From the NCBI GenBank assembly GCA_016187485.1, contig JACPJO010000003.1:25587-89586 (forward strand): DNA of 64,000 nucleotides, read 5' to 3'. Below are positions 38,119 to 48,303 of this stretch, piece by piece. Origin of the DNA: Candidatus Uhrbacteria bacterium (GTDB taxonomy: Bacteria > Patescibacteriota > Patescibacteriia > UBA9934 > UBA10169). Under the pieces are notes generated by a model. It had not been told where the DNA came from. It did not search any database and saw only the letters and a list, made by a program, of their open reading frames with translations. Within the stretch, counting starts at the first letter, position 1; the number at the start of each line of letters is the position of its first letter. The translations under genes and the position numbers were made by a program.

Positions 38119-38780
38119 AGGGAAGACGTCAGCATTTGCTGGATTAATGCGCGCAGGGTCTCGGCATCTGGGGTGCCGACGAGTCGCTCTGTGCCTACAA
38201 AGACGGTTGGTGTTGCACTGATGGACAAGGCGAGCCCCTCCTCAAAGTCTTTCTGCACGCGCGGCAGGGTTGCTTTCGCATTCACGCAACGGTCAAAAGC
38301 GTCTGTGTTGAGTTTAAGCGTACGGGCGAGGGCTGTGTACGTGGTGGCACTTAAGAGTTCGCGTTGCGTGAAGAGGAGGTCATGGTAAGGCCAAAAGGCT
38401 CCTTGTTCTTGCGCGCACCTGGCGGCAACGGCTGCGTCTGTGGCAGAGGGATGGAGGTCTTCGTTTGGAAAATCCTTCCACACGACGCGTACTCTGCCTT
38501 CGAATTCCTTCACGAAGGATTCAAGGAGAGCAGACGTATCGGCGCAGGCGGGACAGGCAAAGTCGCCGAACTCCACCAGAGTGACAATGGCGCCCGGGGG
38601 TCCCAAGACAGGGTTGATAATCTCGACACGTGGGGAGGAAAGAGTCGTAGACGTTTCCGCTGGCGGGGAGTTCTTTTCTTTTTTTGCAGATGACAAATAC
38701 AAATGGAACGTAAGAAATACCACCACGAACAAGAAGCTCAAGATCAAGATAGCGCTCCAACGTTCCTCGTGCGTTTGCAT
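38115..38780 (-). CDS. DsbA family thiol-disulfide oxidoreductase
   Basis: EFGDFACPAC, KDFP, ATPT. Confidence 0.88.
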   Translation of the reverse strand: MQTHEERWSAILILSFLFVVVFLTFHLYLSSAKKEKNSPPAETSTTLSSPRVEIINPVLGPPGAIVTLVEFGDFACPACADTSALLESFVKEFEGRVRVVWKDFPNEDLHPSATDAAVAARCAQEQGAFWPYHDLLFTQRELLSATTYTALARTLKLNTDAFDRCVNAKATLPRVQKDFEEGLALSISATPTVFVGTERLVGTPDAETLRALIQQMLTSSL

Positions 38781-38782
38781 AG

Positions 38783-40027
38783 TTATTTCAATCGCAGGAT
38801 CTGAAGAATGCCCGTGGAGGCATTTGTGAAGAAGAGGTTCCCTCCATCCTCGCTCACGCTTACGTGATCAATGGACTGCGGTGTGTCGGGAATGGCGACA
38901 AGCTCGGCCGACCCCGTTTCTACATTCACGCGGTAAATAGCGTCGGCACTCTGGGCGGAGAGTTGTCGCTGTAATCCCACGTTTGCCGGCAAGCGTTGCG
39001 GCACGGCGCAGTAAAGTGTTGTTCCTGATGTAAACGAGCATTTGTCCGCCCATGTTTCTACACCGAGACTCTTCCGGTTGTCCCCGATGGATTGGGCGCG
39101 GCCGCTCACCGCCCAGAGCATCGGGCGGTAGCCGTTTGTGTCACCCACCGCGGAGTACACAAGCGCGTCACCCTGCGTATTCCACAAAGGTTGGAAATCA
39201 AATCCTTCCACCACGAGCCCCTTAAAGTTTTCTTCATTCTTGCCGATAGGGATAATCATTTTGCGTCCAAAGCCCGAAAGTGTGGGACCGGTGTCGGAGA
39301 ATGCGATGACTTGATCGTTTGGCGACCAACTTGGGATCACCTTGTCCGCGTTATCGCCAAGAGCAGCGATGGCACGCGTGTTTGAGCCGTCTGTTTTCGT
39401 GATGACGAGGGCGCGGTTACTCGGATCGATCCCTATGCTTTTCGCAAGAATTTCGTCCCCTCTTGGTGCGAAGGAAAAATCTTCCCAGTGGCGCGGTAAG
39501 GACACTTGTTTGCCAGCAGAAAAGTCATAAACAACATTAGATCCGTCGGGGAATTCAAGCACCGCTGATGATCCTTTGGCGTTCCACGTCACGTTCTCGA
39601 CGTTTGCAAACTTTTTGTCAGAGATTCTCTCTACATCTCCCCCTGTGCTAATCCGATAGAATCGCCCGTCTGCTTTATCGTAGTATTGCATGCCATTGCC
39701 GTCTTGGCTCAACGTGGGCGCCGTGACGCGCGCGCTTGTGAGAGCTTGCGTCTGCGTGACGCCCCCTTCTGCAACGGGTTTCGCGCCCGGAAGAGTTTGC
39801 GCGCGCGGAATTTCCGCCGTTCCTTCCGGAGAGGCTGTTCCTGGGGGAGCGCCGAGGCCTGCAGCAGGAAGCCCCGTCTCTTCACGCGTTGTCTCCGCGG
39901 GAGGGATTGCCTCGGGCACGCGTGCCTGCGGGGTTTTGAAAAACACCAAGTAGATAGCCGCGCCCATGGCAGCGATGAGAACAATGAACCCGAGGATAAG
40001 CAGGACCTGCCGAAGACGTGGGGACAT
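38783..40027 (-). CDS. Membrane-anchored beta-propeller-like protein
   Basis: N-terminal TM segment; repeated P.WSP/FAP/W blades. Confidence 0.65.
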   Translation of the reverse strand: MSPRLRQVLLILGFIVLIAAMGAAIYLVFFKTPQARVPEAIPPAETTREETGLPAAGLGAPPGTASPEGTAEIPRAQTLPGAKPVAEGGVTQTQALTSARVTAPTLSQDGNGMQYYDKADGRFYRISTGGDVERISDKKFANVENVTWNAKGSSAVLEFPDGSNVVYDFSAGKQVSLPRHWEDFSFAPRGDEILAKSIGIDPSNRALVITKTDGSNTRAIAALGDNADKVIPSWSPNDQVIAFSDTGPTLSGFGRKMIIPIGKNEENFKGLVVEGFDFQPLWNTQGDALVYSAVGDTNGYRPMLWAVSGRAQSIGDNRKSLGVETWADKCSFTSGTTLYCAVPQRLPANVGLQRQLSAQSADAIYRVNVETGSAELVAIPDTPQSIDHVSVSEDGGNLFFTNASTGILQILRLK

Positions 40028-40029
40028 AG

Positions 40030-40668
40030 TTATGTTTCAATCTCTGGGAGAAAATTTGGCATGAGAGCGCGGAACATCGGGCGCATTTCCGGGAACGAGG
40101 TATAGGCGTCCAAAGGGTTGAATGCGGCCCACATCACAAAGGCGATGGAGGGGAGGACCACAAAGAAAAGAAACGCAAGAAGCAGGAAGCCCATAGCGAA
40201 GGTGCTCTTTTCAATCAAGTTCATCTTGACGGTGATGGATTTTAGAAAAGGATTTTTACTTTTTGTTATGGTCCGCCAAAACTCAAGAGATCTCCATGCC
40301 ATCCATGTTGCTCCTGCAACGACGCTGCCAAGAATCGTCTCGGCGGTTATGAGAGCCGTACCCAGAAGTGCGCGCTGTTCGTTTCGCACAAACGGCCGTT
40401 TAAGATCTTCTTGTTTTTCTTCTTCCTGTGCCGCATCCTCCGACGCCGACCCCGCCGCAATATTTCCTGCCTCTGCCTCTCGCGCTCGGGCAATTTGTGA
40501 GGCGCGTTCTGCCTCAAGCGTCAGCGCAGCTGCCATGACTGCATCCTCGTCTGCTTGATCTATTGTTGCCGGCCGTGGGATTGCCTCTGTACGCCCAAAA
40601 GAAAGGGGCGCAGCTTTTCCCCCTTCGAATTGCAGCCAACGTTCGTGCTCCACGGCAATGTCGGCCAT
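40030..40668 (-). CDS. Hypothetical membrane protein
   Basis: Packed in the operon; two C-terminal hydrophobic segments. Confidence 0.6.
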   Translation of the reverse strand: MADIAVEHERWLQFEGGKAAPLSFGRTEAIPRPATIDQADEDAVMAAALTLEAERASQIARAREAEAGNIAAGSASEDAAQEEEKQEDLKRPFVRNEQRALLGTALITAETILGSVVAGATWMAWRSLEFWRTITKSKNPFLKSITVKMNLIEKSTFAMGFLLLAFLFFVVLPSIAFVMWAAFNPLDAYTSFPEMRPMFRALMPNFLPEIET

Positions 40669-40677
40669 AGGCCAACA

Positions 40678-43191
40678 TTATATCACGCGCGCGTTCTCGA
40701 CGACGAGGATATTTCCTTTGAGGCTTACGCGAAGTTTTTTTGGCTTTTTTTGCAGAATCCTGTCCGCAATGAGCGGCTCGACTTCCGTCTCGATAATATG
40801 GCGGAGCGCGCGCGCACCGCCGGTCTCGCGCATAGCATGCAGGGCGAGCCAGGGCGCGACGGCTTTGCCGATCTGGATAGCAACACCCCGCTCTTCCAGT
40901 CGAGAGGCGAGTTCCGCAAAATGCTGCTCCGCAATATCCTCAAGATGCTTTGTTTCAAGAGGACGGAACAAGAGCGTATGATCGATACGGTTTAAGAGTT
41001 CCGGACGCAGAAGATTCTCCAAATCTGTCCGGACATCTTTCATCTCCGGTAGATGTTCCTGCTTGTCTCCAAACCCGAGTTTTGCCCCAGCCCATCGAGC
41101 CGAGCCTATATTGGATGTGAGAACGATGATGGTGTTGCGGAAATTGATCTTGCGACCGGTGGCATCATGCAGTTCTCCTTGATCCAAAATTTGGAGCAGA
41201 ATATTTTGTACGTCGCGGTGCGCTTTCTCGATCTCGTCGAACAGCACAACCGCGTAGGGACGTGCTTTCACTTGGTCGGTGAGTTTTGCTGCCTCGCGGT
41301 ACCCGACATATCCGGCGGGAGCCCCAATCAGTTTAGAGAGGGAAAAGCTTTCACTGAATTCGCTCATGTCGAGCACGACGAGAGATCGTTTGTCTTCAAA
41401 GAGGTACGTGGCAAGCTGGCGCGCGGTTTCGGTTTTCCCCACGCCTGACGGTCCCACGAAAAGGAAGGATGCCAAGGGGCGGTTGTGGTTGTTGATGCCT
41501 GTTTTTGCCCGCAGGATGGCCTTCGCGACTTCATCTGTTGCGTGGCTTTGCCCCACAATCTGCCGGCGCAAATGCGGTCCGAGTTGCATCGTACGCTCGC
41601 GCTCTTCAGCGACGAGTTCCTGTGCAGGAATGCCTGTGGCGCGGCTGATGACTTCCGCAACTTCTTCCACATCGACGACGAACAGGCGGGGTTCCTCTGG
41701 AGCTACCCCCTCCCAATTCTCGATTTCTTTTTTAAGCGCCTGCTCTTTTGTGCGGAGCTGGATAGCCTCCTCAAGCCGTTCGTGTTCGATAGCCTCGCGT
41801 TTTTTTGCGATGATCTGCGCCATAGCCTCTTCTTTCTCACGGAGCTTTCTCCCTTCGGGTACCGGCTGTGCCGAGCGGACGCGCAACATTGCGGCAGCCT
41901 CATCCAACAAGTCGATCGCTTTATCCGGCAAGAAACGGTCGTGCAGATAGCGCGTGCTTAACCGGATGGCTGCAGAGAGGGCCGCGGGCGTAATACGCAC
42001 GTGGTGGTATTTCTCGTAAGCGGGCATGAGCCCTTCGAGCATAGTGAGGGCGACGGAAGCGGTAGGCTCAAGAATCTGCACGGGTTGGAATCGGCGTTCC
42101 AGTGCCGCATCGGTTTCAAAATGTTTTTTGTACTCTGCCGGCGTTGTGGCGCCGATACAGCGAATCTCTCCGCGCGCGAGCGCAGGCTTCAGAAGATGTG
42201 CCGCATCCAGGGACCCGGAGGCAGACCCTGCGCCGATGATGGTGTGGATTTCGTCAATGAAAAGAATGAGATCGGGATGTTCACGCGCCTCCTCGATGAT
42301 TTGCTTCATGCGTCCCTCGAACTCGCCGCGGTAGACCGTGCCCGCAACGATGCTAGGTAAGTCTAAAAGGAGGATGCGTTTCTTGAAAAGGGGGGCCGGC
42401 ACGTCTCCGCTAGCAATACGTTTTGCAAGTCCTTCCACGACTGCGGTCTTTCCCACACCCGGCTCGCCCAGGAGAAGCGGATTATTTTTGGTGCGCCGGC
42501 AGAGGATTTCGATGGTGCGCGTAATTTCGGCCTCGCGAGCGAGGACGGGATCCAGTTCTGTCGCGACACGGGGGGCCGTCAGGTCGCGCGCGAAAAAATC
42601 AAGCGCAGGGGTCTCCGATTTTCCCCCGCCAGACTCCTCTTTCTCCTCTTCGTGATCTTCTTGCCCCAGTTCAGGAATGGGTTTAAGAGCCGTCTCTCGC
42701 GAGGGGATGGCATCACGCAGCATTTCCTCCATCTCTGGAAATCGGGACGCGCTCTTTAAAACTTGAATAACTTGCTCCTGCAAGGTGGACGTGAGAACGC
42801 CTTCGCTTGTGAAAAATGAGGCGACATCGGGGTCCTGCACTTCGAGCATGGCACCGAGAAGGTGCTCTGTCCCCACGTACGGGTGCCCGTAGGTGTGGGC
42901 GATCCATACGGCCTTTTCCAGCATGCGGCGTGATGTTTCCGCGAGCGGCGGGGTAGGGTTGATCGAATCATGCGCGCGCATGCCTTGCGCTACAAAGGAA
43001 CGAAGGCCAGATACGTGTACATGCTGGCGCCGCAGGACTTCGGCTCCCACGCATCCCTTTTGCGTGCCAAGTGCCCACAGCAACATGGCGGGTGTTACGG
43101 CCGGTTGTTTTTCTTCCACAGCAAAAACAAGCGCTCGCGTGAGAACATTTTTTAAGTGAGTGGTGAAACGATCAACGATGTCGCGGGGCAT
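40678..43191 (-). CDS. clpC: ATP-dependent Clp protease ATP-binding subunit ClpC
   Basis: Clp N repeats, GEPGVGKT, FIDEIH, RFLPDKAIDL, GPSGVGKT, FDEIEKAH. Confidence 0.93.
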   Translation of the reverse strand: MPRDIVDRFTTHLKNVLTRALVFAVEEKQPAVTPAMLLWALGTQKGCVGAEVLRRQHVHVSGLRSFVAQGMRAHDSINPTPPLAETSRRMLEKAVWIAHTYGHPYVGTEHLLGAMLEVQDPDVASFFTSEGVLTSTLQEQVIQVLKSASRFPEMEEMLRDAIPSRETALKPIPELGQEDHEEEKEESGGGKSETPALDFFARDLTAPRVATELDPVLAREAEITRTIEILCRRTKNNPLLLGEPGVGKTAVVEGLAKRIASGDVPAPLFKKRILLLDLPSIVAGTVYRGEFEGRMKQIIEEAREHPDLILFIDEIHTIIGAGSASGSLDAAHLLKPALARGEIRCIGATTPAEYKKHFETDAALERRFQPVQILEPTASVALTMLEGLMPAYEKYHHVRITPAALSAAIRLSTRYLHDRFLPDKAIDLLDEAAAMLRVRSAQPVPEGRKLREKEEAMAQIIAKKREAIEHERLEEAIQLRTKEQALKKEIENWEGVAPEEPRLFVVDVEEVAEVISRATGIPAQELVAEERERTMQLGPHLRRQIVGQSHATDEVAKAILRAKTGINNHNRPLASFLFVGPSGVGKTETARQLATYLFEDKRSLVVLDMSEFSESFSLSKLIGAPAGYVGYREAAKLTDQVKARPYAVVLFDEIEKAHRDVQNILLQILDQGELHDATGRKINFRNTIIVLTSNIGSARWAGAKLGFGDKQEHLPEMKDVRTDLENLLRPELLNRIDHTLLFRPLETKHLEDIAEQHFAELASRLEERGVAIQIGKAVAPWLALHAMRETGGARALRHIIETEVEPLIADRILQKKPKKLRVSLKGNILVVENARVI

Positions 43192-43233
43192 AGGGGGAGT
43201 TGCCGAGTTGCAAAGTGGGAGAGTGCAGAGTAA

Positions 43234-44124
43234 CTAGGCGCTTGCACCGAGAGAACGCAGCCGCCGGATACGGTCCTCAATGGGCGGATGCGTGGAGAAC
43301 AACGTTTCAAACTTTCGGTGCGTAATGTGCGGGTCGAAGGGATTCGCAATGTAGAGGTGCGCCGTGGCGTGATTAGCTCGCGCAAGCGGCTGGTCGAGCG
43401 TGGCAATTTTTTCGAGCGCCCGCGCCAATCCTTCTGGATACCGCGTGGTCATCGCGGCTGTCGCGTCTGCCAAATACTCGCGTTCTCGCGAGACGGCGAG
43501 TTTGATGAGTTCGGCGATAAAGGGAGAGAGAATGGCAAGGACAAGGCCCACGATGAGCAAAGGCCCGGCATTCCGGTTGTCACGGTCGCGCCCCCACAAG
43601 AAACTCCGTGTGAGCATGTCCGACAGCAGAATGATAGAGCCCACCAGGACGACGACGAGTGTCATGAAGCGCACGTCCGCATTCTTGATGTGTCCGAGTT
43701 CGTGCGCCAGCACTCCTTCAAGTTCGACCTTCTCGAGAGTGTCGAGGAGTCCTTGTGTCACGGCGATCACTGCATGTTTCGGATCGCGTCCGGCGGCAAA
43801 AGCATTGGGCGCTCTGTCGCTGATGAGGTACACGGATGGCGTGGGGAGGCCCTCGCTGATCGCCAGATTTTCCACGAGCCGATAGAGTTCCGGGTGATCG
43901 CGCCGCTCAACTTTTTTGGCCCCCGCGACAGCCAGCGCCACCTTGTCTCCGGCAAAATATCCTATAAGCGTGGTGAGGAGAGCAATGGCCCCAGCAATCA
44001 CGAGCCCGTTCGTGGGGTTACCAAGCCATACGCCCAACGCCCATCCTAGAGCGAGCAAGAGGAGGACAAAGGCAAAGACGAGAAGCGCGCTTTTGCGCTT
44101 GTTTTGGGCGAGGGCGTTATACAT
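43234..44124 (-). CDS. htpX: M48 zinc metalloprotease HtpX
   Basis: PNAFA, HELGH, SREREYLAD, FSTHPP. Confidence 0.95.
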   Translation of the reverse strand: MYNALAQNKRKSALLVFAFVLLLLALGWALGVWLGNPTNGLVIAGAIALLTTLIGYFAGDKVALAVAGAKKVERRDHPELYRLVENLAISEGLPTPSVYLISDRAPNAFAAGRDPKHAVIAVTQGLLDTLEKVELEGVLAHELGHIKNADVRFMTLVVVLVGSIILLSDMLTRSFLWGRDRDNRNAGPLLIVGLVLAILSPFIAELIKLAVSREREYLADATAAMTTRYPEGLARALEKIATLDQPLARANHATAHLYIANPFDPHITHRKFETLFSTHPPIEDRIRRLRSLGASA

Positions 44125-44125
44125 G

Positions 44126-44680
44126 TTAGAAGCTCACTTTTGGCGGGTTCACGAGCTCGTCGGGAGCGTCGAAGAACTCGGAAGCGGTAAAGCCGAACCT
44201 TCCGGCCACGAGATTGTTTGGAAAGACCTGGATCCGCGTGTTGTAATCACGCACTTGGCCGTTGTAGAAACGGCGCGCTGCCTGGATTTTGTCTTCGGCG
44301 TCGGTGAGGTCGCGCTGAAGATCCAGAAAGTTTTGCGAGGCTTGAAGCGTGGGATAGTTTTCGGAAACGGCGAAGAGAGACTTGAGTGTTTGTGAGAGCA
44401 TGTTTTCAGCGGCGGCCTGGTCGTGCGGCGTCGTGGCGCTCATCGCCTGTGCGCGTGCGTGCGTCACACGGTCGAACACGTCCTTTTCATGCGCCGCATA
44501 TCCCTGGACTGTCGAAATAAGATTGGGAATCAGGTCGTGTCGGCGCTTCAATTGTACCTCGATGTCTGACCACCCTTCATGGACGCGGTTGCGTGCATGC
44601 ACCAGGCCGTTAAAGGTGATAACGAGCCATAAAATGGCTAAAACAACAACGGCTAAAATGATGAGAAAAACAGGTGACAT
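44126..44680 (-). CDS. lemA: LemA family protein
   Basis: VQLKRRHDLIPNL, ENYP.L, ARRFYN. Confidence 0.95.
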   Translation of the reverse strand: MSPVFLIILAVVVLAILWLVITFNGLVHARNRVHEGWSDIEVQLKRRHDLIPNLISTVQGYAAHEKDVFDRVTHARAQAMSATTPHDQAAAENMLSQTLKSLFAVSENYPTLQASQNFLDLQRDLTDAEDKIQAARRFYNGQVRDYNTRIQVFPNNLVAGRFGFTASEFFDAPDELVNPPKVSF

Positions 44681-44733
44681 AGAAAGAATATTCGTGTATC
44701 CTCATCCTACGTCGGCGGGGAGGCCGCGTCAAT

Positions 44734-46083
44734 ATGAATGTTCCAAAAACCATCTTTAAATCGTACGATATTCGTGGGCTTGCGCAGGGAGAATTAAGCC
44801 AAGAATTAGCGCGCCGTGTTGGCGCGGCCGTCGTGCGTCTCACGGGAGCGAAACGTTTGGTTGTTGGACGCGATATGCGCGAGACAAGTCCCGCGTTTGC
44901 AGAAGCTGTTGTTGGGGGAGCAATGGCGGAAGGCGCGCATGTGGTGGATATTGGGCTTTGCTCCACGCCGCTTTTCAATTTTGCCGTGACGCATTATCCC
45001 GACCATGACGCAGGCGTGATGGTGACGGCTTCGCACAATCCTGTTGCCTACAACGGATTTAAAATAGTGCGCCATGACGGTACGGTGGTCGGAGGAGGGG
45101 ATGGAATGGAGGCGGTGGCGGAGTTCGTGCTTTCGGATGCGCCTGTGTCGGATCATGCCGCGGGAAGTGTGACGTCGCTCAACGTGGAAGAAGAGTATCT
45201 GCAGGAGATTTTTTCACAATCTGCCCCGCTTCCTGATCTTTCTGGATTTGTTGTTGCGGTAGATGCGGGTAATGGGATGGGGAGTCTCGTTCTGCGACCG
45301 CTTTTTGAAAAGCTTGGATGCGCATGGCAAGGACTCTACCTTGATCCAGACGGCCGTTTCCCCAACCACGAGGCGAATCCATTGAAGGAAGAAACCCTTC
45401 ACGATATACGGAGGCTCATGGAGACCGCGCATGCGCACGTCGGTATTGCGCTCGATGGAGATGGTGACCGCGTAGTCTTTTTGGACGAAACAGGGGCGGT
45501 GATCCGCGGAGACCACATTATCGCCATGCTGGCGCCTGATATCTTGCGACGGTACCCGGGCGGGAAAATTTACTACGATCTTCGCTCGACACGTCGCGTG
45601 GCAGAAGCGGTGACCTCCGCGGGCGGCGTGCCGGTTATGTCCGAAGTGGGACATGCAAATTTCAAGCGCCACTTGGTGCGCGACGGCGGCGTTTTTGGCG
45701 GGGAGTTCTCCTGTCACTTCTTCTTTAAAGAATTTGGTTCTGCGGAAGCGTCGGAGTATATGATTGTTCTTCTCTTGTCTCATCTTGCCCGTTCAGGGAA
45801 AAAGCTCTCCGAACTTGTGGCGCCCTTTCGCACGCCGCACAGCGGCGAGATCAATTTTGAGGTTGCCGATAGGGAAGCGGCTCTTGCGCGCGTGGTTGAA
45901 AGATACGGGGGGGTAGCGAAACAACGACTGGACATCGACGGCGTCTCGTTCTTTTTTGACGGGTGGTGGTTTAACCTTCGTCCTTCCAACACGGAGCCTC
46001 TTGTGCGGCTGACGCTCGAGGCGGATTCGGCGGAGCTCATGGAGCAGAAGAAGGCGGAGATTTCCTCGCTTGTGGCGGTATGA
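44734..46083 (+). CDS. Phosphomannomutase/phosphoglucomutase
   Basis: FKSYDIRG, TASHNP, DGDGDR, GGEFSCH, RPSNTEP. Confidence 0.93.
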   Translation: MNVPKTIFKSYDIRGLAQGELSQELARRVGAAVVRLTGAKRLVVGRDMRETSPAFAEAVVGGAMAEGAHVVDIGLCSTPLFNFAVTHYPDHDAGVMVTASHNPVAYNGFKIVRHDGTVVGGGDGMEAVAEFVLSDAPVSDHAAGSVTSLNVEEEYLQEIFSQSAPLPDLSGFVVAVDAGNGMGSLVLRPLFEKLGCAWQGLYLDPDGRFPNHEANPLKEETLHDIRRLMETAHAHVGIALDGDGDRVVFLDETGAVIRGDHIIAMLAPDILRRYPGGKIYYDLRSTRRVAEAVTSAGGVPVMSEVGHANFKRHLVRDGGVFGGEFSCHFFFKEFGSAEASEYMIVLLLSHLARSGKKLSELVAPFRTPHSGEINFEVADREAALARVVERYGGVAKQRLDIDGVSFFFDGWWFNLRPSNTEPLVRLTLEADSAELMEQKKAEISSLVAV

Positions 46084-46775
46084 TAACGAACATCTATACG
46101 GACTATCGCCATCCAGAGGTTCGAGGATGGATGGCGGGGAAAGAACCCCGGGCTTTTGCGGTCGCTGGCGAGGAGTTGGTAGATATTTGGTCTCGTCCCA
46201 TTCGCCAGATAGAACTAGCAAAGAGCGAAACGCGCAATCGTCTGCGCGCGACGCAAATCACGCGCAAGGATCCTTCCTTGCACATTCTTTCGCCTGACAT
46301 CGAAGGGTGGGTTCTTGTGCGCTTGCATGAAGGAACGGTGGGGTGGGCGCGCAAAGAAGCCTTGCGTGTTGTGGAAACACCTGAACATCCTCACGAGCCT
46401 CTGCTGACCGACGCGGCGTTTTTCGAACTCTATCGTCACACACCCTATGTACGCGGCGGCAACACGCCAAAAGGTATAGATTGCTCTGGGTTTGTGCAAA
46501 GATATTTTGCGCTTGTACACGGAGTCTGGCTTCCGCGACACTCGACGGATCAATGGAAGGCCGGTCGGCCTCTGCACGATGAACCCTGTTTGCCGGGCGA
46601 TATTTTGCAATTGCGTCATCGAGAGAGCAGCCGCGACCATGTGGGTATTTGTTGGGAAGGGGGCCAAGTGCTTCACGCCTGTCTTGACCAGCAAGGCGTG
46701 TCGCTCGAGTCCAAAAAATCGGTACAAGAACGGTATGACATTCTCGGAACCACACGCATTCGATCTCACGAATAA
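46080..46775 (+). CDS. NlpC/P60 (C40) peptidase with SH3-like N-terminal part
   Basis: PYVRGG...GIDCSG, LPRHS.DQ, HVGI, VLHA. Confidence 0.88.
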   Translation: MITNIYTDYRHPEVRGWMAGKEPRAFAVAGEELVDIWSRPIRQIELAKSETRNRLRATQITRKDPSLHILSPDIEGWVLVRLHEGTVGWARKEALRVVETPEHPHEPLLTDAAFFELYRHTPYVRGGNTPKGIDCSGFVQRYFALVHGVWLPRHSTDQWKAGRPLHDEPCLPGDILQLRHRESSRDHVGICWEGGQVLHACLDQQGVSLESKKSVQERYDILGTTRIRSHE

Positions 46776-48162
46776 GACGCAGAATATCCATGTTGTTGGC
46801 GCGAGCGGCGTGGAAGGCACGACGGTGCTCTTGTTTTTGCGACGCGAAGGCTTTCAAAACATCGTGGGACACGCTCTGTGTGCGAAAGAGTCGTTTGAAA
46901 AAGAAATTCTGCAGAGCCACGGTTTACAAGAGCCCGCTCAAAAAAACGAACTCCTCTCTCGTGTGCGTGCCGCTGCCGTGCCGCTTCACTGCGACACGGA
47001 GTATCTTTCTGGCGTTGAAGAGGCCGACATTATTTTTGTGCCGCAGTCGTGGGAACTCTATCCGGAGAATGCACGACTCGCGTCACTGCGCGAGCGTTTG
47101 CGTAACGTGATGCAATTATATGTGGCGCTGGCTCCGTGCAAAACCATCGGTGTGACAGGGAGTGATGGGAAGACAACGACCGCTCACCTTATTTGGCACA
47201 TTCTCTTATCGGCAGGGAAACCCGCGTGGCTTTCGGGCAATTACCGTCACGGTCCGCATATGCTTGCAGAACTCTCCACGCTTGATCCGAACGGTTTTCT
47301 CGTTTTGGAAATCAGTAATCGCCACCTGAATTTTGGTCTTCCGAAGACCCCCAACATCGCGGTCATTACCAACGTTACGCAGAATCATTTGACGGAATAT
47401 AAAGCGTTCGATGAATACATCGAGACAAAAGGGAGAATTCTTGGTTCGGGGACGGTGGCGGTGCTTAACGCCGATAACCCCATCACGGCGTGTTACCAAA
47501 ACAAGAGACTCGCCAACCGTTTCTTATTTTCAAAGCATCTTGAGGTAAACGGCGCCTGTGTGCGTGGAGAAGAAATATGGATGCAGGATGAGTGCCTTCT
47601 TTCTCTCGCTGACATGCCGCTTGCAGGGGAACATAATGTGGAGAATGTGTTGGCCGCGGTTACTGCAGTGAAGCTTCTTGGTTTGTCGTCTGCAGAGATC
47701 AAAAAAGGCGTGCGGACATTTGCGGCGGTGAAAGAACGTCTGCAGTCGCTTGGGTTTGTGGACGAGCGGGAACTGATCAACGATTTGAGCGGGACGAGCA
47801 TGGAGTCCACGCGGCGTGGGGTGAAAGCGTTTTCCGGACGACCATTGGCGGTGGTGCTTGGTGGTTCAACTAAAGGGGTGGATTATGCGCCGCTCGCGCA
47901 AACCCTGAAGGAGCAAGGTGTTGTGGTCTGTGGAGTGGAAAGTGAGGTAGCCGATGCACTTCGCACGCTTGGCGTCCCTCTTTCCACTTTTAACACGGCG
48001 CGTGAGGCGCTTGAAGACGCGCACAAAAAAACTCCACGCGGGGGAGCGATCCTTGTCTCGCCGGCTGGAGCGTTTTTTGCCTCGCGGTATCTCCCGCAGG
48101 GACTCGAGGCCGTTATTTCATCTCTTCAATGGCGCGTAGAGAAACAGGCTCAAGCGAAGTAA
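46735..48162 (+). CDS. MurD-like Mur ligase (variant C-terminal substrate motifs)
   Basis: GVTGSDGKTTT, GN, LEIS, NVTQNHL, GEHNVEN, RL, SPA; NDLSGT in place of NDSKAT. Confidence 0.8.
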   Translation: MTFSEPHAFDLTNKTQNIHVVGASGVEGTTVLLFLRREGFQNIVGHALCAKESFEKEILQSHGLQEPAQKNELLSRVRAAAVPLHCDTEYLSGVEEADIIFVPQSWELYPENARLASLRERLRNVMQLYVALAPCKTIGVTGSDGKTTTAHLIWHILLSAGKPAWLSGNYRHGPHMLAELSTLDPNGFLVLEISNRHLNFGLPKTPNIAVITNVTQNHLTEYKAFDEYIETKGRILGSGTVAVLNADNPITACYQNKRLANRFLFSKHLEVNGACVRGEEIWMQDECLLSLADMPLAGEHNVENVLAAVTAVKLLGLSSAEIKKGVRTFAAVKERLQSLGFVDERELINDLSGTSMESTRRGVKAFSGRPLAVVLGGSTKGVDYAPLAQTLKEQGVVVCGVESEVADALRTLGVPLSTFNTAREALEDAHKKTPRGGAILVSPAGAFFASRYLPQGLEAVISSLQWRVEKQAQAK

Positions 48163-48262
48163 GCTCAAGCTCGGCGCCGCAATTCTCGCACACGGAAACG
48201 TGCCCCACGGATGGGTCCTCCGGCAACGCGATTTCGGCAGAACAGTCTGGGCAGGAAGGCAT
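48113..48262 (-). CDS. LysW/ArgW-like small zinc-ribbon carrier protein (49 aa; not in ORF track)
   Basis: Manual translation MPSCPDCSAEIALPEDPSVGHVSVCENCGAELELTSLEPVSLRAIEEMK*. Confidence 0.75.
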   Translation of the reverse strand: MPSCPDCSAEIALPEDPSVGHVSVCENCGAELELTSLEPVSLRAIEEMK

Positions 48263-48303
48263 AGAAGGAATAGATAAATCTTGTCTGTGCTAGTATAGCG
48301 CGT

